From Nageia nagi (lineage: Eukaryota > Plantae > Pinophyta), in the NCBI GenBank assembly GCA_050084985.1, contig JBITNC010000001.1:65844001-65908000 (forward strand): a stretch of DNA of 64,000 nucleotides. Reading direction: 5' to 3'. The notes under the pieces are model-generated. The model made no database searches. It was not told the DNA's origin and saw only the letters and a program-made list of their open reading frames with translations. The translations under genes were made by a program, and so were the position numbers. Position 1 is the first letter of the stretch. Each line of letters begins with the position of its first letter. This document shows positions 26,267 to 40,538 of the stretch, one piece after another.

Positions 26267-29200
26267 GCCTCGAAATGTTTCTTTATCCAATAAAACTTGT
26301 TTCTCTGATCTATCTTGTCAAGCTGAGACATTGAAAAGCTCTATCGTACGACTTGAGGTCAAATAAAAACAAAGTTCAACCAAAAGACAAAGAAAAGAGT
26401 CTCCAAGAAACCAATGAAGCTCATATCCAAAATCTTGACGACACTTCCTCCTCGTCTACCTCATCGGATGCCTCAATCACTAGCCCCAGCTCGCCAAAGA
26501 ACTTGGTTCCTATCCTGACTAATACACAACCAATTGTCCAAAACCAACCTGTTGTGCAAACACAGCCATCATCACAACCACAATAGGGTCCTCAACCACA
26601 AGCCGGAGCTAACCCGCAGCAAAGAAGAAGAATGGCCAATCCGCCTCCTGCACCTCCCACTTGGTTGAGATCAAATCCTATTAGTGTTCCTGGAGATCAA
26701 AATGAAATCCCGAAAGATTACCAAAAACACTTTCAGAAGTACAACCCTAACAACCTCATGTTAGCGGAAGACCACATCTAGTCGTATATCAACACGTTAA
26801 CCAAACACTATGTCGAACATGAGGATGTGGCATGAAGAATGTTCCCGTCTACTCTAGAGGACCGTGCTCGAGATTGGTATCTCAGGCTCACCCCGAGATC
26901 TATCATGTCATGGACTCAACTAGAAGAAGCATTTTTGCAACGATTTCAAGTACCGGTTGATCCGGATGTATTATATCATCAGTTTGTAAATACCAAAAAA
27001 TTCCCTCATGAACCAGTTAGAAATTTCATTGATAGATTACAGAATGCCTATGGAAAAGTAGTGCAACCCCATACTGTTTTTGCTGTCGAAGCACTATGCA
27101 TGTATATACGGACACTTGACCCCCTCACAGCAGCCTTTGTATGAAGGGAAACAGACATTACAACATTTCAACAAGCTTACGCTTCTGCAGCTACCATTGA
27201 AAGGTAGCTCACTCAAAATAGTGAGGAAGACAGCTACCATTCTCATGCATTTATTGGGAAATTTGAATTTGAACGCTGTTAATGTTCCCTCACAACCTAC
27301 CATCCCAAACCATACACAGGCATCATTGCCAAACATCCCAATGACTTCAAATGCAGTTCAACCTAAACCCTTAGCCCTCACACATACCACACATTCTTCT
27401 CCATCCGTTCCAATGTCCAATAGCCCGACATCATCCGCTTCATTGTCATCCACTCCATTGAGTGTTGACCTTATCACCCAACTCATCACTCAACTGTCAC
27501 AACCTTCCCATCCCAATCCCGCACATAATCCTTCAGGGCAAGGTGAGCTTAACGTCCTGAAACAATTATTGGGTTTGCCAGCAAAAGACATAAAAGATCC
27601 TGAGCCGTCCAAGAAGGATCAGGAGCTTGGTAAGAGGGAACAAGAGCTCGCTAGGCGAGAAAGGGAGTTGGCAAAGAGGGAAAAAGATCAGAATGATTTC
27701 AAGACACTCCTACTAAAAAGGTGGAAAACAATAGAGAGCAGAACAATGCAGGGTTCAATCAACAGCCTACACCCAATAATGATTGCCGCACAATCCAAAC
27801 TTTCAAAGGGGAAATAGACCCTGAAACACTAGTCCCAATAACGACATGGGTACAGTACCCAATCCGGTAGCAAGAGACCCAGGGCCCTCTCAAATAAATA
27901 ATGCTGATTTGATAGAGATTGCATTGGCCACTTGGTGTAGGATTCACAACGTTGCTCACGCAGAGGCAACTTGCCCAGAATTTGCTTGTGCCATCAATAT
28001 GCTTTAGCAACAAAGGAACAACTGAGAGCTCACTCAAGCAAATGAATCCAAGTCCCCAAATACACATAGTGACACTGATGTTTGAGGTCTATACAACAAC
28101 TGAAGATGATATACAAAAAGAGGAGATATCAGAAACTATCCCAGCCATCTCTCAGCCTGTTTTTGCTACCCAAGAGAATCCAAGGAGATTCAACTTTGCA
28201 TTCAAGAGAAGGGAATGGGAGCCATTGACGAAACCCAATCCCCCTAACAATCTCCAAGTACCTCCAAATCAAAAGTCTTCAAACAATCCCCCTCCACCTA
28301 GTCCGGTTGTGCAACCAAGCATTCTTCAACGACAATCGGCATCTAGTATTCCTAGACCCCAACAGGCTCAACCACCACAAGGGAGTCCCCTTCATCAAGG
28401 CCAGGCAGGGACTACTAGTAAAAAACAGACTCAAGCTATGGAGGAGCTAGGTGAGACCTCCTTTGACATCATTGAGACACTCAAGCATACTAAGTCAGTG
28501 TCAATTTGATGGATTTGCTCAAGTACGAAGAGCCCTACGAGCAAGTCATTAATCATCTCAAATCTAAGCGAACACAGAAGAAAGAATGGAGAAAAGTTTC
28601 AGAACAACAAGTGCAATTGGCTTCCCCACCAGTTGTTGAAAACCATGCAGCTGCTCAGGTCCAAATGGTGTTGGATAAGGCAAAAACACATACACCTAGA
28701 AGAACTATTCCTCCTTTCTTAATCACATTGGGGGTGGCTAAGAAGAACGTGCATAACTGCATGATGGATTTTGGTGTAGGAGCAAACATTATGCCATGGA
28801 AGGTGTGTAAGGCATTCAACTTGTATATTGTAAATAGCCCTGATGGTATCAGCCAACTGGATGACACACCAATGAAAGTAGTTGGAATGATCCACAATTT
28901 ACGCATCCAGACTGCGTCCGAACGAATTGAGAGAGACATAGACATACAAGTGGTTCAAATACCACCTAAGTATGGGATGTTGCTTAGCAGAGATTGGTGA
29001 GAGGCTTTGAATAGATTCTGATCCACATGTTTCAAGTATCCGTGACTACCATGGAAAGGTTTTCCAAACCAAATCAAGGTACAAGGAGAGCCATACCTCA
29101 GAGACCTCATTACTGAGTATAACAATGTTAATCAAGTAGCAGTAGTAGAACGAGATTTGGGCATTTATTGTCTTGAAGTTAATAAACCATCTCCTACTGT

Positions 29201-31118
29201 CAATCTTGTCCCACCCCCATGTCCCACTCTTGCCTTTGCTAAAACCAAACAACCAGAAGCTAAATGTTGGATTCTCAGGTTTGATGGATCCAAATCTAAA
29301 ACGGGTGGAGGAGCCGGAGCTGAATTGCAAAATCCAAAGGGTAAGAAATATCAAGCTTCTTTTAGACTCGAATTTCCTTGCACATGCAACTCAGTAGAGT
29401 ATGAAGCTTTAGTCCAAGGCATGAGGATGGCACTTGCAAAGGGTGTTGAAAACTTGCTAGTGATGGGAGATTCGGAGCTTGTGGTCCGACATATTAAAGG
29501 CCAGTGCGAGTGCAAAGATGACCGCCTCGCTGAGTACAAAGCAGGTGCATTGGGCCTTATTGAAGATTTCAAGGCCTTCAATATCAAAACAATGCCTAGA
29601 AAACAAAACGTTGTGGCATACTCTTTAGTAGTGGTTGCCAATACTTTTCAACCTCTGGAAAACAACAAGCTAAAAAGATTCATCATTCAGATGTTGTACT
29701 CACCCTTCATGCCAGACAACATTACGGCAATTCAGATTTTTGATGATGACAAATAGATTGAGAACTTTATGACTAGTAAAAAAGTCTTTACCTCTTAGCA
29801 TATAGAAGACAAAAATACCAACAGAGATGAAGGTCACCCAAAGGATAACAATGATGAGTATGTGGACGGCATCCTCCAGCTGAAAACAAATAAGCTTTCA
29901 AGGGGAATAATTGATCTTGAGAGATTGTTCGATCAAGATGTTATACAGGAGAATAGACCCAAGGAACATATTGATGTTGAACAGACGAAGAAAATAAATT
30001 TGGGGACAAATCAAGACCCCTGGTACATACTCATCGGCAAATCTTGCCAAGGCAAGCTTAGAGAAGAAATTATTAAGGCTTGCCGAGAATACATTGAGGT
30101 AATTGCTTGGACCTATGAATAGCTCAGAACTTATAATCTAGGGATAATCACTCATACCATACCTTTGAAGCCGGAAGGCAGACCCTTCAAGAAGAAACAA
30201 AGGGTGTTGAACCCTTTACTAGAACCCATGGTTTTCCAAGAAGTCCAAAAGCTGGTCCAATCAGGAATAATTTTCCCGGTTAGACATTCCACATGGGTCG
30301 CCAACATTGTTCCTGTCTGGAAGAAGTCCGGAGAGATAAGGGCGTGCATAGACTTTCAGCATCTTAATTAGGCCTTTGAGAAGGAAAACTACCCGCTTCC
30401 ATCACTCGATGAAGTCCTTCAGTTGGTGAACAGTGCCCAGATGATGTCCTTCTTAGATGGGTACTCCGGCTACAACCAAGTCTTGGTGGACAAGAGGGAT
30501 AGATTGAAAACCGCCTTCACCACCAAGTGGGGAGCATTCGCATACAGCCATATGCCATTTGGATTGATAAACACAAGTGCCACATTCTAGAGGGCCATGG
30601 AGTTTGCATTCAAGGGAATGGTAAGCAAGAATATTGTCATTTATATGGATGACTTGACTATATATTCCAAAGATATGAATGACCATTCACAACATTTGAG
30701 GAAAATCTTCCAAAGGTGCCGAGAATTTGGAATATCCTTGAACCCCAAGAAATGCATATTCGGAGTCACCAAGTGATCCAAATTGGATCATGTGTCAGGT
30801 TGTCTTTGCAAGAGCAATACTCATTCCAAAGGTATATGTGCTTGGAGACAGACCGAAGATCGAAATCTAGAGTTTTTTGGCATTCAATTTTAGGCAGCCA
30901 GCGGCATGCAAAATGTTGTTTTTAGGCTGCTAATGGCGTGCATATTGATGAGTCAGCAAGGGCATTTGAAGAGACAATGGCGTTTCGGGAGACTGAGCAA
31001 TTCAGGTTCCTTGGCTGACGTTTCAGAGTGTTCTGGAGGCTTAATGGTGTATCTCGTTCTTGATTCAAAATACAGAGAGGATTGTAGAGTTTTGGAATTT
31101 TAGAATTGTAATAGTTTG

Positions 31119-34100
31119 TGTAATGACCCTATTTTTAAGAATATCTTGCATTTGGGATTTTCCACAAATCTTTTCTCCTACAAGTCAGATATGGTCGTTG
31201 CACCTTCAGAATTGGATAGAGCATCTCGTGGCATTTGTTTTAAGTGGTCACATGACCCCTTTTGGACAAGAAATGAAGGAGTTATGGCTACTTGAAGTTT
31301 GCCAGTCGGACCAGTCTTCCATATCGCGCCTACACACGAAAATCCACTTAACTTAGTGGATTTTTACTTAAAAGTGCAATGTTGAATTATAATAAACTTT
31401 TATGTTATTCTAATATTATTTTAAGTACTTTTATTTGTAATAAGGCCAATCAATGGCTTAGATTAGCTTAGAGGGGTCAATGCAAGATTAGGATTGGAGT
31501 CTATATAAGGAGATGCAACACTTCATTTTGGGTATGTTATGTGATATGAGAATTGAATATTGAAACCCTAGAGTTTCCATGAGTTGAGATTGCAGGTCTT
31601 GCTCATTTCCATAGTGCATTGGAGGTGCATGGTTGGGGACTTGGCAATATCATTGAAGGTGTTATTGCCCTAAAATATCAAAAATACAAAAAGAGGCATC
31701 TGTGAGTGGTTCGTGGCATTTCTTTTGTAGAGGGATTCACTCAGTTTGGAAAGTTTGTATCTACATTTTGATGTTATTTTGTAGATGCCCTTGGTTATTC
31801 CAACGCATGTATTGTCTTGCAATATTTTAATATATTCTTTTGGCTGGTTATTACTCATTTTTGGATGTCTTTTGAAAAATATTTCAGTTCTATATTTTTT
31901 CTATACTTGTATTTCTGTAATTTCGTTTCTGGGACATTACAAGTGGTATCAGAGCTTGGATCTTGCCAACCTGTGGTTAGATCTAACATTTTTCAAAGAT
32001 TTGGAGTTAATGTTTCTGCAAAAAAATTCAGATCTTCAGTTTCTAGCATCTGGGTGTTGAATATTTTTGGGGGATCTAATAGATCAAGGAGGTTTGCATT
32101 TTAAAAGCAATTTTTCAAAGTTAAAAGGCATTTTTTAAAGAAAATCTGCATTCCTAGACTAAGTCGTCTAAGGTTGAGAGATAAGAATTGCAGGATTGAA
32201 AGCTATTTTCAAACATAGAAAGTCTTGATCTATTATTCTAGCTAGTCAGAAAAATTTTGCTCAAGGATTCTAAGCAGAATTGGAGTTTTGAGTAAAAAAA
32301 AAAAATTCTGCGGAATTTTCAGATCTAGCATTTTTCAGTGTTTTTCAATTGAGTATCTCAGTTTCAGAGTTTTTCAGAATTAGGGTTGCCAATTTTATAG
32401 TGAAAATCATTTTGGGTATTGCAGATTCTTGGTAATTTGTTTGGTTGCAGAAAGAAACCCTAATTTCGTGGGTATCAGGAAACCCTATTTTGAGGGGCCA
32501 TTTGAGGCCAATTTTGGAGTTCCAGCATCAGATCCAGCATACTAAGCTGAACATCTAACCCTAAGGGGTATTTTTGAACACTTTGTATGCAGTTTTAAGC
32601 TTTTAGAAGGGTTTTTTAGAGAAAAAACAAGAAAGTGACGTTTTTGAAGATTCAGTTAGTTGGAGGTATTTGTCGGGTAGATTTGAGCACCCATTAAGCT
32701 CTACTTCTCATTGCCACCTTTACAAAAAATGTTGAAATTTCTTTTATATGAGATCTAGCATTTCCTATGATTTTTGACCTATTTTTCAGGAATTGTACAA
32801 ATAGGGGTTTGAAGGTTGATGTTTGCTAAGAGTGGATCATGGAACTATTCAGGAGAAAAGAGAATGAGCAGAAGTTGGATGCAATGATTGTTTTGATGCA
32901 AAAGATGGTGACATTAGAGGAAGCAAATAGACAAGCAATAGTGACATTAAAAAGGGTAAACATGCAACAAAATGGAACCAGTGAACCTAAGAGAGAGAAA
33001 AGACAAGTGCAACAAAAAATGACCATTCCCACCTTTAATGGTCAAGATAGTTTATCAACTTTGAGAAAAACAGAGAAAGCTGAAATTTTCCATAAAAAAG
33101 AAGAGCTTGAGGAGAATTGTGCAAAAAATTTTGAAGTTGTTCCTACCATTGAAAAAGAGGAAAGGGGCCAAATAGAAAATTTTGAAGAAAATGCAAGTAG
33201 TGAAGACATTTCAGCAATGGAGCATGGTTCGTCTAGCATGATTAATTTCACTCAAGAGATTGGTGATAGAGATGCTACTCTCCCACTTGAGGTATGTTTG
33301 AAAGAGAACCAAAATACTTCCTTTTGTACATTTATACCTACACATGTTGAAAATGAATTCAATGAGAAACATGATGCTCATGATTTGGGAAAAGAGTTAG
33401 AGAATGTTTCAAATTTGTTTTTGCATACTCTATGGGAAAGCTACAAAAGGGTGTTGAAGAATTTTCAGTTTGTGAAAGTTTGGAGAGAAATGGGCTAGAA
33501 ATCCAAATTAAGCCCTTAGATAATTGTGATCATAATGGCCTTAATTTTCCTTGTGTGAAGAGTTTGGTGAGGGAAAGATCAATCACATTTGAGAATTATG
33601 ATCAATCTTTAAATGCATGGGATCCAGAAATTCTTTTCATATATGGTAAGAGTTCTTTTGGAGGAAAGAATCACAAACATATTCAGCCATGGTACATGTC
33701 TCATACTCATCTCATGGGAGGAGGACAATCCTTTGACATTTCACAAATTCTGTTATGTAAAGGTAAATTTACTACAACCATAGTTCCTTCAAACAAAATG
33801 TTTATTTTTCTCATGTGGATGCATCAGCATGGTAGGAGGTGTAGAACACTTCTCAAGTGGGACATTGCAGAAGGAGATACTTTTTCATGGACATATGTGG
33901 TATCTTTTCACTTATTTTTGTGGCTTTCGTGGATTTACAAATTGCTGATTCAATTTTGGTATTTGGAGTGGGCTTTTGAAGTCTTATATGTGGGTAGAAT
34001 GGTGCAAAATTCTCACTTTTTTGCAATCAATAAATTTGATTTAAAAATCAGAAAAATTGCAGAAGAAAATGAAAACAATTGGCATATTTTTCATCATACA

Positions 34101-37100
34101 TGTTCACAAGATACTTTCAGTCTTTTAAACAGTTGGAACAGCCAACAAAGAAGCACCATGATTGGAAAAATTGAGAGAATTACAATTGCAAATTTGATGA
34201 TTTTTTATTTCATTTTGAGAATGTGTAATAGTTCCAAATGGAAAGTTAATCATTTCATTTTCAGATTGTTGGAGTTGAAAGACATTTTGAGCAATTCATG
34301 GGTCTTAGAGAAGCACTTGGGTAGTCTTGATTGCATTTTTTCTACTTTTATACTGTTCATAGCCCTTGTGAAGACTCTTGAGTACACTTTGAAGCCCTTG
34401 TACATCTTCAATTCAGGTTTGATTTGGAGCACACTACATTGGAGGATTTTAAGTTGGTATTTGATCATTGACATACATAAGATGGCATACAGTTTTCAGA
34501 TTGCAGAACTTACACATGAAACTGATTTGATTTATGAGTTTATTTGGGCATACACAAAGGAGGTTTTATATATACTTGTCAAAATATTAGTACATCTTCC
34601 TTCATGTTTTGCACTCCACTTTGCAAGATGTTTTGAACTGTTCTAATGACAATCAGTATGTCTACAATTTATACAAATATGATTGTACATTGCATGATTT
34701 TTTATGCAATAAGAGTTGAGACTGATATGCACGAGTTGCAAAATTGCATGTTTTCTTTTGCTCAACTTGGGTAAGGTAAAAACAGAAAATTTCATGTGTA
34801 AAGGTGCAATGATCAATTATAGGGAGAAAAGAAAGATAAAGTCATACTTGGGCAGACATGAAAACATTCCACAAAGGTACAAGTTGAATTCTGATTTTTA
34901 TGACAGCAGTGTACTATTTCATTTGGGGCATGATGAGGATGAACTTGTTGATAGAAAACATAATGAGTTTCAGAAATTGGTGTCTTGTGGTGATGCCAAC
35001 ATATTTGGGAAGGTAACTTATTTTCATTTTGCCATGAATTTAAGTTATATACTTTTTGCATTGGTTGGTTTTGAAAGTGTATTTTCAGTTATAGGAGCAC
35101 ATAGTCATGATTGTTGTGGTTTTGAACATAAAAGTGTGAGTAAGTCTTCATCCATGATGTGCACATTCAGTTCAAAGTTACTACAACAGTATGAAGAAGT
35201 ATTGGAAAAGGTGTGCAACATGTTTTTGACCAAGGAAAGCATTTTTGATGAAGTCACTAATATTTGGCATGGTTTGAAAGTCATATGGAAGGTAATAAAT
35301 TATGTAATTGGTTGTGATATTACTACTGTACATTTCATTTTCAGTCACTATTTTCTTGAGATATTTGCTAGTTATCTTTCATTCATGCATGGCACAATGA
35401 TGGGAAATAATGAAAGCACAAGGTTAGATAAGTGTAATGCATTTATGGCTGTTGGAAAGAGAAAACCAAACCTGTTACACTTTTATTCCAGCCAATTTTC
35501 CAAGAGCTCAATCATCATTATTGATGATTTATTGATGCTTCTACATAATGCAACTATGAGGGATGGAGAATCACACAGTTTGCCTACATTTTGGGAGTAC
35601 AAAACTATGTTTTTACTGTTGTTATCAGAAAATCAAACTTGTTATGTATTCATGATGGACTTGGTGATGAAGAAGCAATATGGACTTTTGCCACATTTAG
35701 AAGTATGACTTGCTTTCATGAACACCATTGCTTTGATTTGGGTTTGAAAGTTACTATTTCAGTTTTGGCTAGTTTGAGAGATGCAATTTCAGCCTTTGGA
35801 AGCTTGGGTTATATTTGTTTTGGGCATAAACATAATATGAATAATAAGTTTCAGATTTTGATATGCACACTCAGTTCAGTTTTGAAACAGCAGTATGAAA
35901 GGACATGTAAGCAGGTATGTGGGTTGTTTTTGGTAAAGAAAATTGTTCTTGATGAAGTCTTCAATATCCTCCATTGCTTGATACATGAGTTATTGGACTT
36001 CATATGTGATTTTGAAGATGGTAACAACATGACTGCTATAATTCCATTATCTAGTTCTTATTTCATTGATACATTTATTACTACTGCTGATTTTATCATT
36101 TTTATGCATAGTACAACTATTGGAAACAATGAAGGAATGATTTTAGATAATTTTGGGAGGTTTCAACAGTCTTCATTCATTGCTGTATTGAAGAAATCAG
36201 ACCTGTTTCATACTCAATTTTGGCTAGCCTGCGTTAAATCAGACTTAACTTCACTCAATTTTGAGGCATATGGAGGCTTGAGAGAGATTTGGGAAAGTTT
36301 TGGTAAAGTTCTCTTTGGTAGAATTGTTTGGGATCCTGCTATCAGAGATGATTTAAATTTGTTTCAGCTGAGCAGGGTAGAGTTGGTGTTGGGATTGCTT
36401 GAGGACAAGCAATTTGAGAAGGGCAGACTTGTAATGACCCTATTTTTAAGAATATCTTGCATTTGGGATTTTCCACAAATCTTTTCTCCTACAAGTCAGA
36501 TATGGTCGTTGCACCTTCAGAATTGGATAGAGCATCTCGTGGCATTTGTTTTAAGTGGTCACATGACCCCTTTTGGACAAGAAATGAAGGAGTTATGGCT
36601 ACTTGAAGTTCGCCAGTCGGACCAGTCTTCCATATCGCGCCTACACACGAAAATCCACTTAACTTAGTGGATTTTTACTTAAAAGTGCAATGTTGAATTA
36701 TAATAAACTTTTATGTTATTCTAATATTATTTTAAGTACTTTTATTTGTAATAAGGCCAATCAATGGCTTAGATTAGCTTAGAGGGGTCAATGCAAGATT
36801 AGGGTTGGAGTCTATATAAGGAGATGCAACACTCCATTTTGGGTATGTTATGTGATATGAGAATTGAATATTGAAACCCTAGAGTTTCCATGAGTTGAGA
36901 TTGCAGGTCTTGCTCATTCCCATAGTGCATTGGAGGTGCATGGTTGGGGACTTGGCAATATCATTGAAGGTGTTATTGCCCTAAAATATCAAAAATACAA
37001 AAAGAGGCATCTGTGAGTTGTTCGTGGCATTTCTTTTGTGGAGGGATTCACTCAGTTTGGAAAGTTTGTATCTGCATTTTGATGTTATTTTGTGGATGCC

Positions 37101-37252
37101 CTTGGTTATTCCAGCGCATGTATTGTCTTGCAATATTTTAATATATTCTCTTGGCTGCTTATTACTCATTTTTGGGTGTCTTTTGAAAAATATTTCAGTT
37201 CTATATTTTTTCTATACTTGTATTTCTGTAATTTCGTTTCTGGGACATTACA
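31119..37252 (+). mobile_element. Non-autonomous chromovirus-derived LTR element (LARD-like), TSD GTTTG
   Basis: LTRs 31119-31941 and 36430-37252 (823 bp, about 12 differences counted). PBS TGGTATCAGAGC at 31944, PPT at 36416-36429. No RT or integrase. Confidence 0.93.
32839..36429 (+). pseudogene. Chain of long ORFs (219+404+330+~280 aa): gag N-terminal remnant, unknown middle, pol C-terminal tail
   Basis: KMTIPTFNGQD is also encoded by the chromovirus gag near 19810-19840. The end LLEDKQFEKG resembles the chromovirus pol tail near 15600-15640. The middle is unrecognised and contains an internal duplication. Confidence 0.6.
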
Positions 37253-39714
37253 GTTTGAAGGAGACCAAGAGTCATTCCAGAATTTGTTGTAGTTCTAATA
37301 TTGTATTTTCTTCTTGCTGTAGGAGATTGTATTGCCATTGTGTTGATGGTATTTCTCTATACATGTAATGTTGTGATGTCTATAAACAATGAGAAGAGAA
37401 GGCTCCAATTCCATGCTAGATTTGCCCACATTGAGTGAACCAGGGTAAATCATTGTGTTGATCTTGTTGTGTGATTTTGAGATTGCTAGTTTGTAATTTA
37501 CATTGTGTAATTTCAAATTTATATGCAATTTATATCATCTCATAGTGGTTAACTATTTTCGTTCGAATCTGTAAGTGAGGATCCGAGTATGCTATGAGCA
37601 TCCAATACGGATCACCAAGGGGAGATTGTTGGGTCATATTATCTCAAAGAAGGGAATTTCTATTGACCCTGAAAGGGTAATCACCATAGAGAAGATTTCT
37701 TATCCATCGACTTTAACAGAACTCAGATCCTTCATGGGGAAGATTAACTGCGTCCGTAAGTTCATCTCGAGGTATGCTGAGATTGTGAAGCCCCTGATAG
37801 AGATGATGAAGAAAGATGCTAAGATAAAATGGAAAAATGAGGCAAAGAAGGCCTTTCATGATATCAAGGAGGCTATCACCAAAGCATAGGTCCTCACCAG
37901 CCTGGATTATAAGAAAGCCTTCTATCTCTATTCTATTGCCTCAGAGCATTCAGTGGTGGGGGTGTTGAATCAGAAAGATGATGAAGAAAAAGAGAGCCCA
38001 TTGCATTCATGAGTGCCCCATTAAAGGACGCTGCTCTCAATTATCCCATGTTGGATAAGCAGGCATATGCCTTGGTCCGAGCTGTGAAGAAGTTCCACCA
38101 CTACATCTTGCGCAGTCCTATAATTGTTGTAGTGCCTAACCTGGCTATAAAGAATTTGCTTCACAGCAAGAGTTAGGGGTTCAAAGGGGCAATTGGGTTT
38201 CTACTTGTAGGAGTTCGATTTGACCATCCAACCAATGAAAATTGTAAGAGGTCAAAGACTCTCTCAAACCCTAGAATCATGTCAAGATGAAAGGACATTT
38301 GAGTTTCTAGAAAACAGCATTGGTTCAATTTCAAGTATCTTGCAGATTTCTACTTCACCTTAGTCTTGGCATACTGAGGTTGTACAATACATTACCTCGG
38401 GAGAATATCCTCCCAAATTTGTCTTAACCCAAAAGAGAGCTTTGAGGTATAGGGTGGCCAAATTCACAATCAAAGATGGGGTCCTCTACAAGATGAATTT
38501 CCATAGTTTGTACCTACGATGCTTAGAAAAAGAGGAAGCCGATAAAATCCTTGAAGAATTTCACAAGGAAGGTGGAATTGGCCACGCACCAGGAAATGCT
38601 TGGGCTCACCAAATACTACATGCTGGTTACTATTGGTCGTACTTGTTCCAAGATGCCCATCAATATGACAAGACCTATCACGATTGCTAGATCGTGGTTG
38701 GGAGAGAAAAAATTTCAAGCATGCCATTACAACCAATCCTAGAGTCCAAGCCATTTGCTAAGTGGGGATTAGAGTTTGTAGGGGTGATCAATCCCAATTC
38801 CTCCAAGAGACATCAGTTCATCTTGACCGCAACGGACTATTGTATATGGTGGACTGAGGCAATTGCGACCAAGAATGCCACGTCTAAAATGGTCATTCAA
38901 TTCCTTGAGGAATACATTCTGACCCGATTTGGCACTCCGTTCTCTATTGTGTGTGACAATGGTCCAAGGTTCAGCTCCAAGTTGTTAGATTGGGCCACGG
39001 CCCATAATAGCTCTTTGACATTCTCGACCAACTATTATCCTCAAGGGAATGGCTTGGCCGAGTCTACAAATAACAACTTGTTGACTGTCTTGAAGAAACT
39101 GCTGGACAGGAGCCTAAGAGATTGGCATAGCAAGTTGAAGTATGCCTTATGGGCAAACTGGATAAAGACCAAGAATGCACTTGGGATGAGCCCATTTCAG
39201 CTAGTTTATGGAGCAAAGCCAATGTTCCCTGCACAACTCAAGATTGGCACATTACAGTTTATACAGGATTACATTGAGACCGATGATGCCCTAAAGGCAC
39301 GATTGGTCCAATTGGCACATTTAGAAGAAAAGAGGGACTAAGCATTTCAAAATCTTATATGGCTGCAGCTAGAAACAAAGCGATGGTTTGATCGCAATAC
39401 CCAGGTGAAATGTTTTCGAGTCGTAGATTTGGTCCTTCTATGCAATAAAGCCCACGAAGATAAAGGCAAACATGCCAAGTTCGATAGGTTGTGGCTCGGT
39501 CCTTTCCAAATAGCTGCAATGGTTAGTCTTACCACTTTCAAGCTGAGACGTCTCACGGGTGAAGAGTTGCCCTTGCCAGTCAATTGCAAGCATCTCAAAT
39601 ACCATTTTCAACCATGAGCTTCGCCCGAAGTTGTGTACCATAGTGTGAATAATTTTCAAATATATATATATATATAATGGTTTTCTAAACTTCCTGTCAC
39701 CAGGAATTCTCAAA

Positions 39715-40237
39715 AGAGCAACCGCGCTCAAGGACGAGTCGTCCTTTTTCTCATAGACTACAGTTGGAACAAACACTCTGGGTGATGCTAACCAAGATTA
39801 TTTGATGTAACTGGTACGATTATATAGAGCAACCGAGCTCAAGGGCGGGTTTCCCTTCTCTCTAGAGACCACGGTTGGAATAGACACTTCGGATTAATAC
39901 AATGTCCTCGGACCTGGACCGTAACGTAGGTGCCCTGATGGCTACTCAAATAGCTAGTGAGAGTTCACTCACTATAATGAAACCGGTGATGCAGCCGTGT
40001 GAACGAAGCAAGTCACTATGTATCCACTCATTTAGGTTTGTTTTTAGGATACCAAGTTGCCTTTTCTAAAAGTTGTCAATCATTGGAGTCAAAGCTGTTG
40101 GTTTCCATTTTTGTCATTGTTATAGGTCAATCTTGTTGCTCGTTTTTATTGTTTTTGTTTTAGCTTGTTGCTAGTTTTTGTTGTTGTTTCTGTTTTAGCT
40201 TTTTGCTAGTTTTTGTTGTTGTTTTTGTGTTAGCTTA
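39715..40237 (+). repeat. 3' UTR repeats: ~63-bp duplication (39715/39826) and a TTGTTG-rich minisatellite (40130-40237)
   Basis: agagcaaccg.gctcaagg...gttggaa.a.acact occurs twice; ttgctagtttttgttgttgttt is repeated. Confidence 0.7.
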
Positions 40238-40538
40238 TGTTGTGACTAAAACACATGCCCCAAAATCTTGCAATTTTGGAGACCCTCAGTGTGTCACGTA
40301 TATACTTCATTTTGTCGTCGTCTTGTCCCACCCAAGTTGTGTTGCAAAGACTTGGATTCATGGATAATTCTTCTTTGGTTCAAGCCTCATTTTTCACCTA
40401 GGGTTAGTCATACCAAGTTAGAAATTTTGAAATTCCGAGAAAATGACAGTCTAGAAAATGTAGAGTCGACCTTAAGGGAACCAAGGAGTCCAGGAAGAGT
40501 CAAAGCTCGACCAACTCAAACTGGATGTCTCCAAGGGC

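Larger units (their letters stand above)
30774..37614. mobile_element. Solo LTR (~710 bp: 30774-31118 plus 37253-37614) inserted in the Tat RT, TSD CCAAG
   Basis: TGATCC...GGATCA termini. CCAAG at 30769-30773 and 37615-37619. The RT frame resumes across it (FGVTK|GRLLGH). Confidence 0.85.
26353..39617 (+). pseudogene. Tat-like Ty3/gypsy gag-PR-aRH-RT-RH-INT (disrupted, interrupted at 30774-37614)
   Basis: gag (RARDWY..SWTQLEEAFLQRF, 26839); protease (CMMDFGVGANIMP, 28506); additional RNase H (FDGSK..EYEAL..GDSELV, 29157-29756); RT (WVANIVPV, YMDD near 30642, resuming at 37615); RH near 37900-38250; integrase 38442-39341; stop at 39617. Confidence 0.92.

Noticed and set aside
33432-34646. env-like membrane protein
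   Set aside because: The hydrophobic composition follows from T-rich DNA. No signal peptide or recognisable env motif was seen, and it sits where pol would be rather than after pol.
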